Notes under the pieces: generated by a model
Database searches by the model: none
What the model saw: only the letters and a program-made list of their open reading frames with translations
What the model was told of the DNA's origin: nothing
Sequence record: LC680884.1
Direction: 5' to 3' (one strand)
DNA: 64,000 bases
Shown: one piece after another, positions 38,941 to 48,584 of the stretch
Layout of the letters: the number at the start of each line of letters is the position of its first letter
Position numbering within the stretch: the first letter of the stretch is position 1
Made by a program: the position numbers and the translations under genes

Positions 38941-39129
38941 TTATTTTTTACTTTTAGTAATCACATATACTAAGAATCCAATAATCAAAGCCAACCAAAA
39001 TAATTTAGAAAATAATATTGCCAATACAAATCTAAATAGAATTCCCAATACTATAAATAGTCCAATAATGGTACTAATAGTCATTATTATTTTGAACCAT
39101 TTAAATTTTCTCTGTAAACTTTCAATCAT
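38941..39129 (-). CDS. small membrane protein
   Basis: 62 aa, two hydrophobic helices. Confidence 0.65.
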   Translation of the reverse strand: MIESLQRKFKWFKIIMTISTIIGLFIVLGILFRFVLAILFSKLFWLALIIGFLVYVITKSKK

Positions 39130-39190
39130 TATATATCTCTCCCTTTATTTTAACTATATCAAGATTATAATATATATTTGCTTAGGTAGT

Positions 39191-39382
39191 TTAATACGGT
39201 TTTTTATTTTTATAGTAATTTACTATTTCAGACCATAAAACTGCAAAAGAAAATGGGAGATATATAAGTAATACTGTAATAAGCTCTTTTCCAGAATCCA
39301 TATAATAATATGCAAAAATAGACAAAAAGAATGTTGAAACTAATAGTAATATCTTTACAAAGAAACTCTCAAAATTTTTCAT
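39191..39382 (-). CDS. small membrane protein
   Basis: 63 aa, two hydrophobic helices, GGAGG RBS. Confidence 0.65.
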   Translation of the reverse strand: MKNFESFFVKILLLVSTFFLSIFAYYYMDSGKELITVLLIYLPFSFAVLWSEIVNYYKNKKPY

Positions 39383-39451
39383 ATATTACCCTCCTAATAT
39401 TTCGTTAATATCAGGAAGATAATATATGTTTAGTTAATTATTTTAATACGT

Positions 39452-39928
39452 TTAATTAGCAACAAGCAAATTTTTATCTCTTTCTATAAAGTAAGAACCA
39501 TCCTTAGTAATTTCCCAATTTAAAATACCATCATCAATTCCCACATAAACCTCTAATTTATCTTCAAAAATAAGAATAAATTCCTGTTCCCCAATTTGTC
39601 TAAATGTCTTAATTTTCTTACCAATTAGTGAATTAATACTGATATCATTTTCGTTATAGTCAGTTACACTATAATCCATTTTTGGATCATCACTTGAAAA
39701 GGCAAATACGTTTAAGCATACATCATTCTCAAATTTAAATGTAACACTCTCTTTTACAGTAAAACCAATTTCACCTTTATTTCTTACCACAGGATAATCG
39801 TCATAAATGCTCTCTCTATCAAGATATTCATTAAGAACATTATACGGTTGAATATTTGAGATAGATACCAATTTTTTATTTAAGAAATCTCCACTAATTA
39901 ATTTTTGAATCATTTTAGTTTCCCCCAT
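39452..39928 (-). CDS. hypothetical protein
   Basis: 158 aa. Confidence 0.65.
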   Translation of the reverse strand: MGETKMIQKLISGDFLNKKLVSISNIQPYNVLNEYLDRESIYDDYPVVRNKGEIGFTVKESVTFKFENDVCLNVFAFSSDDPKMDYSVTDYNENDISINSLIGKKIKTFRQIGEQEFILIFEDKLEVYVGIDDGILNWEITKDGSYFIERDKNLLVAN

Positions 39929-40112
39929 TTATCTTTTATTATTCAATTTCATGAGTTGCTAGAGAAATCATATGTTCTTTATTATAAGAGTCATATTCAT
40001 TTTCTATAATAAATTTTACTGAGAATATGTTTGACCTTTTTTAAGCGTACTTATATACATATATTAATTTCCCTCCAATATAATAAAAGAGAAGACTAAT
40101 AGTCTTCCCTAA

Positions 40113-42227
40113 TTAAATAGCGGTTGCTCCCAAAATAATCTCATCTTTATTTAATTTCTTAATAGTGTTACCAAATGCTGGACGGAGTAATACACTTACT
40201 TCATCAATGTCCATTCCAATAATACTAGTATTACTAATAATGGTTAAATCAGAATCTGGTTTAACAGAAACAATTCTCACAATTTCATCATTTTCTTTTG
40301 CTCTAATTCCAATTCGACCTTTACCACCACGGATTTGTTCAGGGAACTCAGAGATTTCAACTCGTTTTCCCAATCCTTTTTTACTGATAAAGAAAGCATG
40401 TGATACTTCTTCTGTTACTAGATCAATACCAGCAATATAATCTCCTTTATTGATAATAGAATTGTCAAAAATGTTAGAACCAAATGTAGGGCGAAGAACT
40501 ACTGGGATAGAGTCAAGTGACATATTAATTGTTGCTCCTGTATTAGTGCAAGCAATAATAGAATTCTTTCCTTTCATATCTACTTTTTGAGCAAAGATAA
40601 CACTATCACCATCATTTAATTTAGTTGCAATAATACCAGATTGATAAATATTCTTAAATTCTGCTACATCTACTAGTTTAATTTTATTCAATCTAGTACC
40701 AATTGCAATTTTGATATTTTCATTATTCATCTCATCATCTGTCATTGCAAGGACATTTGTTAGAGTTTCATCTTTAATAATACCATTTAGATTATAGCCA
40801 TATGATTGGATTTCACAACCTTCAATCTCATAAGCTTTTCTTGAATAAACTTTTCCTGCATTTGTAAAAATAAGAATATTATCCTTATTATTTGCATTAA
40901 AAATAGTAATTGGATTATCATCAGATTTAATCTTACCAATACTATTTCCTTTACCACCACGTTTTTGAACTTTGATAGTATTATTTAATTTCTTAATATA
41001 ACGATTAGTACAAATGAAAGTATGGTTGCTGTCAATAATAAGATTTTCTTTATTATTAATATCTTCTATATTTAAATCTAGAACAGTTGTTTTTCGTTCA
41101 CAACCAAACTTTTTCTTAGCATTTTCAAGTTCAGAGATAATATACTCATTAATCTTATTATCATCTTTAAAGTATAATACCGTATCGTTATATTTCTTTT
41201 CTAAGTCTTTTCTTTCTTTTTTCAATTGATCAATTTCAATATTGTTAATACGATATAATTTCATATTTACAATATATTCAGCTTGATCTTCTTCAATTTT
41301 AAATTCTTTTACAATAGTTTCAACCATTTGTGATCTACTTTTACTAGTTCTGATAATATCTAACAAACGATCTAGATTAGTACCTAACGCAGTAAGTAAC
41401 CCATCAATAATATGAATTCTCTTCTTAGCATCTTTAAGATCATTTGTAAATAAACGTCTAAGAGTAACAATACGGAAATTTAACCATTCTGCAACAATTT
41501 GGTTGACGTTAGTAAAGTTAATAAACTTCTTGTCTATTACTCCATTAAAGTCCATTGGTAGGGTAAATTGACAATTAGTATATTTATATAATTGGTTTTC
41601 AATTAAATCTAGATCATAACCTTTCTTTACTTCAATAATAATATTAATTTTACCTTTTTCTGAAAGGTTCTTAATATTTTTAATTCCTTCAATCTTCTTA
41701 GGAATTTTATTACCTTTCTCAATTCTATCATTAGCTACATTTTGAATAGATTCAATTAGTTTATCAGATGTTTTTAGATATGGGATCTCGCTAATAACTA
41801 ATTCATGTTTCTTTTCATTTTTGGTAATTCTTGCTCTAATAATAGCTTTTGATTTACCAGTAGTATATGCTTCTTCTACTTGCCTTTTATTAATAATTAC
41901 TCCACCAGTTGGGTAATCTGGTAGTAACTTGATCTGATAATTATTATCTTTAATATACTTAATAGTCTCATCAATAACTTCATTAATATTATGTGGATGT
42001 TGGTTGGTTGCATAACCAGCAGCAATACCGAGACTACCATTAACTAATATCATTGGAAGAATAGAAGGTAATACTTTTGGCTCTTCTAAAGTATTATCAA
42101 AGTTTGGAACAAAATCAACAATGTTTTTATTAATATTTGAAAGTAAAACCTCTTCTGCAAATTTATGGATTCTAGCTTCACTATAACGTTCAGCGGCGGC
42201 TGGATCCCCATACACACTTCCAAAGTT
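40113..42227 (-). CDS. gyrA: DNA gyrase subunit A, exon 3
   Basis: Starts NFGSVYGDPAAAERYSEAR (catalytic Tyr); GIAAGYATN..PH, PDYPTGG; CTD with GyrA-box QKRGGKG. Confidence 0.93.
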   Translation of the reverse strand, partial: NFGSVYGDPAAAERYSEARIHKFAEEVLLSNINKNIVDFVPNFDNTLEEPKVLPSILPMILVNGSLGIAAGYATNQHPHNINEVIDETIKYIKDNNYQIKLLPDYPTGGVIINKRQVEEAYTTGKSKAIIRARITKNEKKHELVISEIPYLKTSDKLIESIQNVANDRIEKGNKIPKKIEGIKNIKNLSEKGKINIIIEVKKGYDLDLIENQLYKYTNCQFTLPMDFNGVIDKKFINFTNVNQIVAEWLNFRIVTLRRLFTNDLKDAKKRIHIIDGLLTALGTNLDRLLDIIRTSKSRSQMVETIVKEFKIEEDQAEYIVNMKLYRINNIEIDQLKKERKDLEKKYNDTVLYFKDDNKINEYIISELENAKKKFGCERKTTVLDLNIEDINNKENLIIDSNHTFICTNRYIKKLNNTIKVQKRGGKGNSIGKIKSDDNPITIFNANNKDNILIFTNAGKVYSRKAYEIEGCEIQSYGYNLNGIIKDETLTNVLAMTDDEMNNENIKIAIGTRLNKIKLVDVAEFKNIYQSGIIATKLNDGDSVIFAQKVDMKGKNSIIACTNTGATINMSLDSIPVVLRPTFGSNIFDNSIINKGDYIAGIDLVTEEVSHAFFISKKGLGKRVEISEFPEQIRGGKGRIGIRAKENDEIVRIVSVKPDSDLTIISNTSIIGMDIDEVSVLLRPAFGNTIKKLNKDEIILGATAI

Positions 42228-42585
42228 CTAATAGTTATTAACCATAGGCTTTTTATCCTATGCTCTGGAGGTTTCCCTCATTTTCATCGATTGGTCATTT
42301 CCAATCCAGTATAGCATATCTTTTTATCCATGTATTTCACAATAGATGGATACTGGGGTCTCTTGGATACATTATATTCTTCATCTTGTGAAGTTTCAGC
42401 AATCTATGCGTTGCGCCTGAATGGACTATTACATCCATCCTTCGGACTCTGATCAGGATAGGCTATACCCTTCCAGCTTAATCCCCCAGTAATAATGATG
42501 TATGTTACCATACAAAACGGCATATCCTTTAACGAGCCTAATCTATTATATGACGGTATTCATATAATATTAAAGGATTTTACTT
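42228..42585 (-). mobile_element. ORF-less group I intron B in gyrA (358 nt)
   Basis: Exon ends GGT, intron ends ...TATTAG; P3 GGGG/CCCC, P AAGCTGG, Q ATCAGAG, R CAACGCATAG, S AAGATATGC. Confidence 0.88.
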
Positions 42586-42681
42586 ACCATGAGCATCAAT
42601 AAGGCTTTTATTGACATACCAAGGTTGATACATTTTTACTAGTGCTTCATATACGCTTGCATTTCCGTGGGGATGATATTC
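42586..42681 (-). CDS. gyrA: DNA gyrase subunit A, exon 2 (96 nt; not in ORF track)
   Basis: EYHPHGNASVYEALVKMYQPWYVNKSLIDAHG corresponds to YHPHGD..VY..LVRMAQ...LVDG.G. Confidence 0.93.
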
Positions 42682-43035
42682 CTGTTAGTTATTAACCATA
42701 GGCTTTTTATCCTATGCTCTGGAGGTTTCCCTCATTTTCATCAGTTGGTCATTTCCAACTCAGCATAGCATATCTTTTTAACCATGTATTTCACAATAGA
42801 CGGTTAATGGGGTCTCGTGGATACATTATATTCTTCATCTTGTGAAGTTTCAGTAATCTATGCGTTGCGCCTGAATAAATTATTACATTTATCCTTCGGA
42901 CTCTGATCAGGATAACTAAACCCTCCCAGCTTAATCCCCCATTAATAATCTTAAATGTTACCACTTAAGACGGCAAGAATTTCATTGCTAAGTTATATAC
43001 TCTATCATAATTGATAGGCAATGAAACTACTGTTT
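42682..43035 (-). mobile_element. ORF-less group I intron A in gyrA (354 nt)
   Basis: Exon ends GGT, intron ends ...TAACAG; same core as intron B; 57-bp exact shared block (42686-42742 = 42232-42288). Confidence 0.88.
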
Positions 43036-43254
43036 ACCAATAATGCTCCCCGTAATTTTTGCTGACTTAACATGCGGTTTATTTGATTCCCATTTATGTA
43101 CATGCATACCCCATAGAATTCTACGGTGAATAGGTTTTAATCCATCACGAGGATCTGGAATAGCACGTTCCTTTAAAACCTCATCATAATATTCTGTAGC
43201 ATTTTCAGTTTGAATAGTTTCATAATCTTTCTTAATAATTGCCATTTTCATCAT
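43036..43254 (-). CDS. gyrA: DNA gyrase subunit A, exon 1 (spliced product about 806-809 aa)
   Basis: RAIPDPRDGLKPIHRRIL..KSAKITGSIIG. Confidence 0.93.
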
Positions 43255-43290
43255 CCTTTACATGTATTTTTAAATATGATTATTCTCACT

Positions 43291-43324
43291 AATCATTAGT
43301 TGTGTAATATCATAACTAATGATT
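43291..43324 (-). terminator. hairpin/terminator
   Basis: AATCATTAGTT(G)TG / CATAACTAATGATT. Confidence 0.6.
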
Positions 43325-43392
43325 AATTTATCATCATCTATTCGTTTTAAGATATTATATTTCATTATAACTATATATTTTTCTAACTGATC

Positions 43393-43839
43393 TTAAATCT
43401 CCTCCAATCCTGATAGTTTATAATTTGTATATACTTTCATCCTTTCTGAGTTATATGATAATAATATAACTTTATTTTTTAAATTATTCATAAGTTCTAA
43501 TCTATATTTATCATATTCATCTTTGATCAATATTTTAGTATTAGGAACAGTATAAAAAGGATGAGTACATGCTAACATTCTATCATAGAAATCCTCTGTA
43601 TATTTTATTTTATTATTCTTAATAGGTGGAATAATTTTTGATAATCTAAATTTATCATTGGTTTTATAGATAAACTCAATATACTCTTCTGCTAGAATTA
43701 CTTCATACAGAATTATTAAGTCAGTGACTTGATGATTATATTTAATACTCTTTGGTATTTTTGAATCAAATTTCATAACATCTTCAAAATCCCAATTAAT
43801 TAAATGCCTTAATCTATCTAATGTATTATTGTACTTCAT
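43393..43839 (-). CDS. paralog triplet C, N-domain-only member
   Basis: HLINW ... NKV.L...KVYTNY shared with the next two genes. Confidence 0.7.
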   Translation of the reverse strand: MKYNNTLDRLRHLINWDFEDVMKFDSKIPKSIKYNHQVTDLIILYEVILAEEYIEFIYKTNDKFRLSKIIPPIKNNKIKYTEDFYDRMLACTHPFYTVPNTKILIKDEYDKYRLELMNNLKNKVILLSYNSERMKVYTNYKLSGLEEI

Positions 43840-44728
43840 TATTTACTCCCTTCTTCTTAACCCATCCTTTACCATTGCATTTTTCACAGAATTCTTTTTC
43901 TATATAATAATTTCTTTCGTAACCTTTTCCATTACACTCCTTACATTTACATATTTCTGATCGTTTAACAATATTTTCAACTATTTTATCATTAAACTTT
44001 CTTTTACATTGATCACAATAGTATAAATCTTTATCCAGTGGATCCGTATTATGAAATATAGTGAATATTGGCGATGCGATATTTTCTTTCGCTTCTTTAT
44101 CTTGTTTCGTATAAAGATCAGTTTTTAAAATATCTTCATTACAGCAATGGCATTTTAATTTATTATTTTCCTTAATTAAATCTTCTAAACTATGATATTC
44201 TTTAAATTCAACTTGTATTGAGTGTTTAGTGCATAAATTGTGTCTATTGAATCTAGTTAATGAGTTTCTTGAACCACAGATCTCGCATATATTCTCTTCG
44301 AGAAAATCCTTAATCTTCACTCTTTCTCGCCTAATATCTAGGAATTCTTTTTCAGATATTTCGTAATTAGCATATACTTTTAACTTTTTAGAATCTCTTA
44401 AAATAGCTACTTTGTTATTTTTATTTTGTAGATATTTATTCCTATAATCTAAATATTCATCTCTTTTTAGACAATTAACATACTTATAATAATAAGTAAT
44501 AGTTCTTTCTTGTATTTCTTTTTTTAATTCATTAGAAAGATAAGGTTTCCCATATTTAATTCCGACAGGTATTTTAAATGTAATAAAATTATTTTTTCGT
44601 TTATAAACTAATTCTACATAACCATCAGTAAAAATAATTTCATAAGTTTTATCGAAATGAGGAAGACATGAATCCTCAAATCTAATCATTCCTGCTAATG
44701 ACCATTCAATTAAATGTAAATCCCTCAT
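43826..44728 (-). CDS. paralog triplet C, multi-Zn-finger protein with DnaJ-type CxxCxGxG repeats
   Basis: CEIC..CTKH, CHCC..CDQC, CKECNGKG..CEKCNGKG. Confidence 0.75.
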   Translation of the reverse strand: MRDLHLIEWSLAGMIRFEDSCLPHFDKTYEIIFTDGYVELVYKRKNNFITFKIPVGIKYGKPYLSNELKKEIQERTITYYYKYVNCLKRDEYLDYRNKYLQNKNNKVAILRDSKKLKVYANYEISEKEFLDIRRERVKIKDFLEENICEICGSRNSLTRFNRHNLCTKHSIQVEFKEYHSLEDLIKENNKLKCHCCNEDILKTDLYTKQDKEAKENIASPIFTIFHNTDPLDKDLYYCDQCKRKFNDKIVENIVKRSEICKCKECNGKGYERNYYIEKEFCEKCNGKGWVKKKGVNNEVQ

Positions 44729-45639
44729 TTACTGTTCTCCTTCTTAATCCAACCTGTTCCTTGACAATAAGCACAATCTACTTTATAGAGTTTGTAATCC
44801 CTAATATATCCTTGTCCACGACAGTTTTCACATCTATGTCCATGCTGATTTAATAAATTTTTTTCTATATAGCCATGAATGACGCAATTATTGCATACTT
44901 TTGTATCATCATATAATAAATAAAATTGATCAGTGTATATAGATGTGAATAAACTTCCTTTACATACATCACAGGTAGGTTTAGATCCAAGATTAATTTT
45001 ATTTTTTCCATTATATGATAAAATTTGGTTATTTATTATACTTTTATTCCTATATAATTCTTTAACTCTATGATCATCACAATAATAATAACTTTTACCT
45101 ATACCGAATCTATTTTTATCAGATATATTATTAGATCTTTTACCACACACATCACATAATTTTTTAGATTCATAAAAATCATGATTAGAAATTAGATGTT
45201 TTTTAGCACGATCTATTTCTTCATCAGAAATGTGATTTGTCTGTAACACAATATTAGATGTATCTATAACAACTGTAACTTCATTATTCCCATTATTTAA
45301 AAGTATTTCTTTATATTTATTATATTCATCTTGAGTTTTTAAATTATAACTATTCATAAAATTATTTACTATCATATCCATTGCATCTTTACTAAACTTG
45401 GCTTCTCTATCAGATAAAAGAGGGAGACTGTTTTTGGATATATTATATGTATCATTAGTTAATTTTTGTACTACTTGGATTCCAGATTCAGTATAAATTG
45501 TTTCAATGTGTACTTTCTGATTATTTACTCTATTTGATAGTATATCTAATATTTTATCATGTGTTTTAAGAACTGTATGGATATCCCATTTAATTAGGTG
45601 TATATTTTTAAAAGATTTTGTCATTAGCATAATTATCAC
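44725..45639 (-). CDS. paralog triplet C, multi-Zn-finger protein with DnaJ-type CxxCxGxG repeats
   Basis: CDVC..CDDH, CDVC..CNNC, CENCRGQG..CAYCQGTG. Confidence 0.75.
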   Translation of the reverse strand: MIIMLMTKSFKNIHLIKWDIHTVLKTHDKILDILSNRVNNQKVHIETIYTESGIQVVQKLTNDTYNISKNSLPLLSDREAKFSKDAMDMIVNNFMNSYNLKTQDEYNKYKEILLNNGNNEVTVVIDTSNIVLQTNHISDEEIDRAKKHLISNHDFYESKKLCDVCGKRSNNISDKNRFGIGKSYYYCDDHRVKELYRNKSIINNQILSYNGKNKINLGSKPTCDVCKGSLFTSIYTDQFYLLYDDTKVCNNCVIHGYIEKNLLNQHGHRCENCRGQGYIRDYKLYKVDCAYCQGTGWIKKENSK

Positions 45640-45671
45640 CCTATAAAAAATTTTAGTTTTTATTGTTGGTA

Positions 45672-45703
45672 TAAGTAGTAGAAGACTAGTCTTCTACTAC
45701 TTA
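45672..45703. repeat. perfect 32-bp palindrome
   Basis: TAAGTAGTAGAAGACTAGTCTTCTACTACTTA equals its own reverse complement. Confidence 0.85.
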
Positions 45704-45860
45704 CATAGTTTGCATCATTGCATTTTCAGCTATTAACTCCCTTTTTTGACGTTCAATTTTATCTAAACATGTTTTTAACAAATCTTTATCCATTTTAATC
45801 AACCATTATTGAATCTAATAATGGTTGATTGATTTTTATTCCCAAATAATTAATCTCTTA

Positions 45861-46376
45861 TTAAAATTTTCTAATTAATTGATACATACCACGACAAGGT
45901 GAATCTAAAATACCTGAATCTGTAATGAACTTACGTGCAGATTGTACTTTATTCCATTCATAACCATGGTTAGCTAATTCTTCAATAATATCACTTAGCT
46001 TCATAGGGCGACCATATTGTTCCATAATCTCTTTTAATGTATCAATAGCTTTCATTTTCTCAGATTGAGACATTCTAGTACGTTTTTCTTTCTTTTCTTC
46101 TTTAATCTCAACTGATTGAATTTTCTCATCTCTATCAAATGTAACTCTAGTTGTAGTGGTAGTTTCAGTATCCACACTAACAAAGTCTAAATCTTCTTTT
46201 TCCCCTAATCCTTGAAGGATATCTCTCTCATTTAAAATCTCTTCTTTACGTGCTTCAATCTCTTTAAGTCTTTCATATAATGCATGTTGCTCTTTAGTAA
46301 GTTCAAATTCTTCATTGAAAAGTTTTCCTAGCATATTACTTAGTGTTTTCTCTTTAAGTGGTTTTGTCATTGTCAT
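45861..46376 (-). CDS. coiled-coil protein with C-terminal winged-helix-like domain
   Basis: Heptad N-terminus; GRPMKLSDIIEEL...GMYQL; early motif upstream (46414-46426). Confidence 0.6.
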   Translation of the reverse strand: MTMTKPLKEKTLSNMLGKLFNEEFELTKEQHALYERLKEIEARKEEILNERDILQGLGEKEDLDFVSVDTETTTTTRVTFDRDEKIQSVEIKEEKKEKRTRMSQSEKMKAIDTLKEIMEQYGRPMKLSDIIEELANHGYEWNKVQSARKFITDSGILDSPCRGMYQLIRKF

Positions 46377-46436
46377 TGTTTCTCTCTCCCTTAATATCTA
46401 TTTTCTCATTATTATAATATCTATTTATTTTTCTTT

Positions 46437-46847
46437 TTAAACCTTATATAAGGGAGACATTTTAAATATTTCTTGTACATGTTCAATTGCAATATCAAAT
46501 GATTCCTTCTCTGCATCTGTTTCACAGTCTACTTTTTCCTGTTTAAGCTTCTCAATTAATCTTTCTTCAGGAGAATAAGAAACTTCATATCCATTAATAA
46601 GGCAACTGATATAATCATGTACTGGTAAATCTAATAAAGGTGTAAAATGATTATTGAATGCTTCGTCTACATTACTCATAGTCATTATATTTAGTCTGAT
46701 ATTAATTAGACGAGATATTTGCATTTCTGTACCGCCATTATACTTACTAAACGCATATCTTAATTGTTCTTGAAGAATATCTGACATTGTTTTTGTTAAT
46801 ACTACTTTTCTCTTTACTGTTCCTTCATATGATTCTTTAATACTCAT
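46437..46847 (-). CDS. hypothetical protein
   Basis: 136 aa; resembles DUF1642-type phage proteins weakly. Confidence 0.65.
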   Translation of the reverse strand: MSIKESYEGTVKRKVVLTKTMSDILQEQLRYAFSKYNGGTEMQISRLINIRLNIMTMSNVDEAFNNHFTPLLDLPVHDYISCLINGYEVSYSPEERLIEKLKQEKVDCETDAEKESFDIAIEHVQEIFKMSPLYKV

Positions 46848-46864
46848 TCAAATATATCTCCTTT

Positions 46865-47383
46865 TTACTTAATAAAATTATTTACATCCTTTAATGTTTC
46901 TAAATTTAATTCATCTAACCTTTTTTTAATTTTAACCAATAATTCATCTCTTTCTTTTTGGTAATCCATTTCCTTATTAAATTGATCTACTGTTAAATAA
47001 GCAATTAACATACTTCCTACATGAATACCTTTTCCTGTAAAAGTTTTTCGATTAAATCTATATTCATAATCTTTATTTTTTTCTTTAGCATAAAATGCAG
47101 ATTTATTAATCTTAGTAATTTCACATTCGATTAAATTGCCCTCTGATACCCCTAAGAAATGATTCTGCTCGTTAACATAAATTTTCTGACCAATATCTAG
47201 ATCAATAGGTTTACCAACTATAGTTAGATCAGAATTACAATACCAACATTTTTGTAAATCAGTTTCTGTAATACTATTATCAATACAATGAATATTATTA
47301 CATCTTTTCTTCATGATAAATTCCTCCTTAAGTGATGTCATCTTCATGTTGTTAATTCTTAGATTTTGTAATGACAATGCCAT
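46865..47383 (-). CDS. hypothetical protein with Zn ribbon and SH3-like region
   Basis: CNNIHC...CWYC; true start may be internal. Confidence 0.6.
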   Translation of the reverse strand: MALSLQNLRINNMKMTSLKEEFIMKKRCNNIHCIDNSITETDLQKCWYCNSDLTIVGKPIDLDIGQKIYVNEQNHFLGVSEGNLIECEITKINKSAFYAKEKNKDYEYRFNRKTFTGKGIHVGSMLIAYLTVDQFNKEMDYQKERDELLVKIKKRLDELNLETLKDVNNFIK

Positions 47384-47424
47384 GGCATAGTAAACTATAG
47401 TATTGTCAGATTTAGAGGAATTTA

Positions 47425-48570
47425 TTATAGGGATTCTAATATATCAACAGCTGAATGTTCTTTAACACGCTTTAAGCTTTCTTCAAAGATAGGATTATTC
47501 TCATAATCAGACTTAAACAAATCATAACCAACATATTCTTTTATTTCGTCTTTAGATAAAGCTTTTTCAATATTGTTAAGAAATTCAGAATGTTTAGTTG
47601 CCATTGGATTTTCCTTGAAACTATTCTCAAAGAATTCAATTAATACAAGCATTGTTCTAAAAATATACTCTCTGTATTTTCCTTCAAAATACTCTGAATG
47701 GAGTGGTTCAAGCTCACTTCTTAATAAAGGATGTTTACTATTTCTATTAATTGATAGGCTTCTTTTAATATTCTTAAATACTAATTCTTCTCCTTTCATA
47801 ATTTTAACAAGATTAATATACTTATTATTTTTTGGATTAGGATCAATTAATGTGATATCATTTTTAGTTTTTAATAACGTTTTTACATCATCAATTAATT
47901 CATTAAAATACTTATCAACTTTATTTTTATCCTCAATATACTTGTCTTCATAATACTCACTAAAATTTCTTAATATTGCAATACTACCAATTGTTCCTAA
48001 GAAATCTTTTACCAATGGGGCTAGAAGAATATTTACCTCTTTATTATTAATCTTATCATTAGTTTCAATATTTTCTTTTTTCATTTCTTCATTCTCCTTT
48101 TCATATTTTTCATAATTTCTCGAAAAGTAATATGGTAAATTATATTCTATATATGCTCTCATAATCTTTCCAATATCTTCTCCCGAATCTTGGAGTCTCT
48201 TTGTTAGGTTATTAAATTTTCTATCTGAGAAAAAACCAGATTTAAGATTTACTAAACTTAAATATTCAATAGTATTTTCTTTATTAACTAATGTTATATG
48301 TAGCTGATTATCATTATTAAAAGGATATTCGACTGTAGTTATCTCCCAATAAAATTGAATATTTGTGTTAAGTACAGCAATTTTATCATAGCCTATTGCT
48401 TTCATTCGTTTTATAATTGTATCAAGATGATTCTTTTGAGCTGGTACAATTTCTTGCCTTAATATTTTATCAAAACCAGATTCTCTCTTTCTTGGGAATA
48501 AACCAGATTTACTACCACTTGGAACCTCTATTACTTCAATCACATTTTCCATTAAATTAAATTCAGACAT
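47425..48570 (-). CDS. paralog array D, member (381 aa)
   Basis: DKYFNEL..D, YFEGKYRE..F, Y.GY, YENNP.F..SLKR, ends VDILESL. Confidence 0.8.
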   Translation of the reverse strand: MSEFNLMENVIEVIEVPSGSKSGLFPRKRESGFDKILRQEIVPAQKNHLDTIIKRMKAIGYDKIAVLNTNIQFYWEITTVEYPFNNDNQLHITLVNKENTIEYLSLVNLKSGFFSDRKFNNLTKRLQDSGEDIGKIMRAYIEYNLPYYFSRNYEKYEKENEEMKKENIETNDKINNKEVNILLAPLVKDFLGTIGSIAILRNFSEYYEDKYIEDKNKVDKYFNELIDDVKTLLKTKNDITLIDPNPKNNKYINLVKIMKGEELVFKNIKRSLSINRNSKHPLLRSELEPLHSEYFEGKYREYIFRTMLVLIEFFENSFKENPMATKHSEFLNNIEKALSKDEIKEYVGYDLFKSDYENNPIFEESLKRVKEHSAVDILESL

Positions 48571-48584
48571 TTAAAATCCCCCAG

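Noticed and set aside
39939-40060. Possible 40-aa gene broken in an A6 run (MYISTLKK...)
   Set aside because: Good RBS but no homology cue; could be a homopolymer error or noise.
42586-43035. Spliceosome-like signals at gyrA junctions (GGTAAGT, CTAACAG)
   Set aside because: Coincidental: in-frame reconstruction requires the exon to end in GGT (U at the splice site) and the intron to end in G, and full group I core elements are present; there is no spliceosome in this system.
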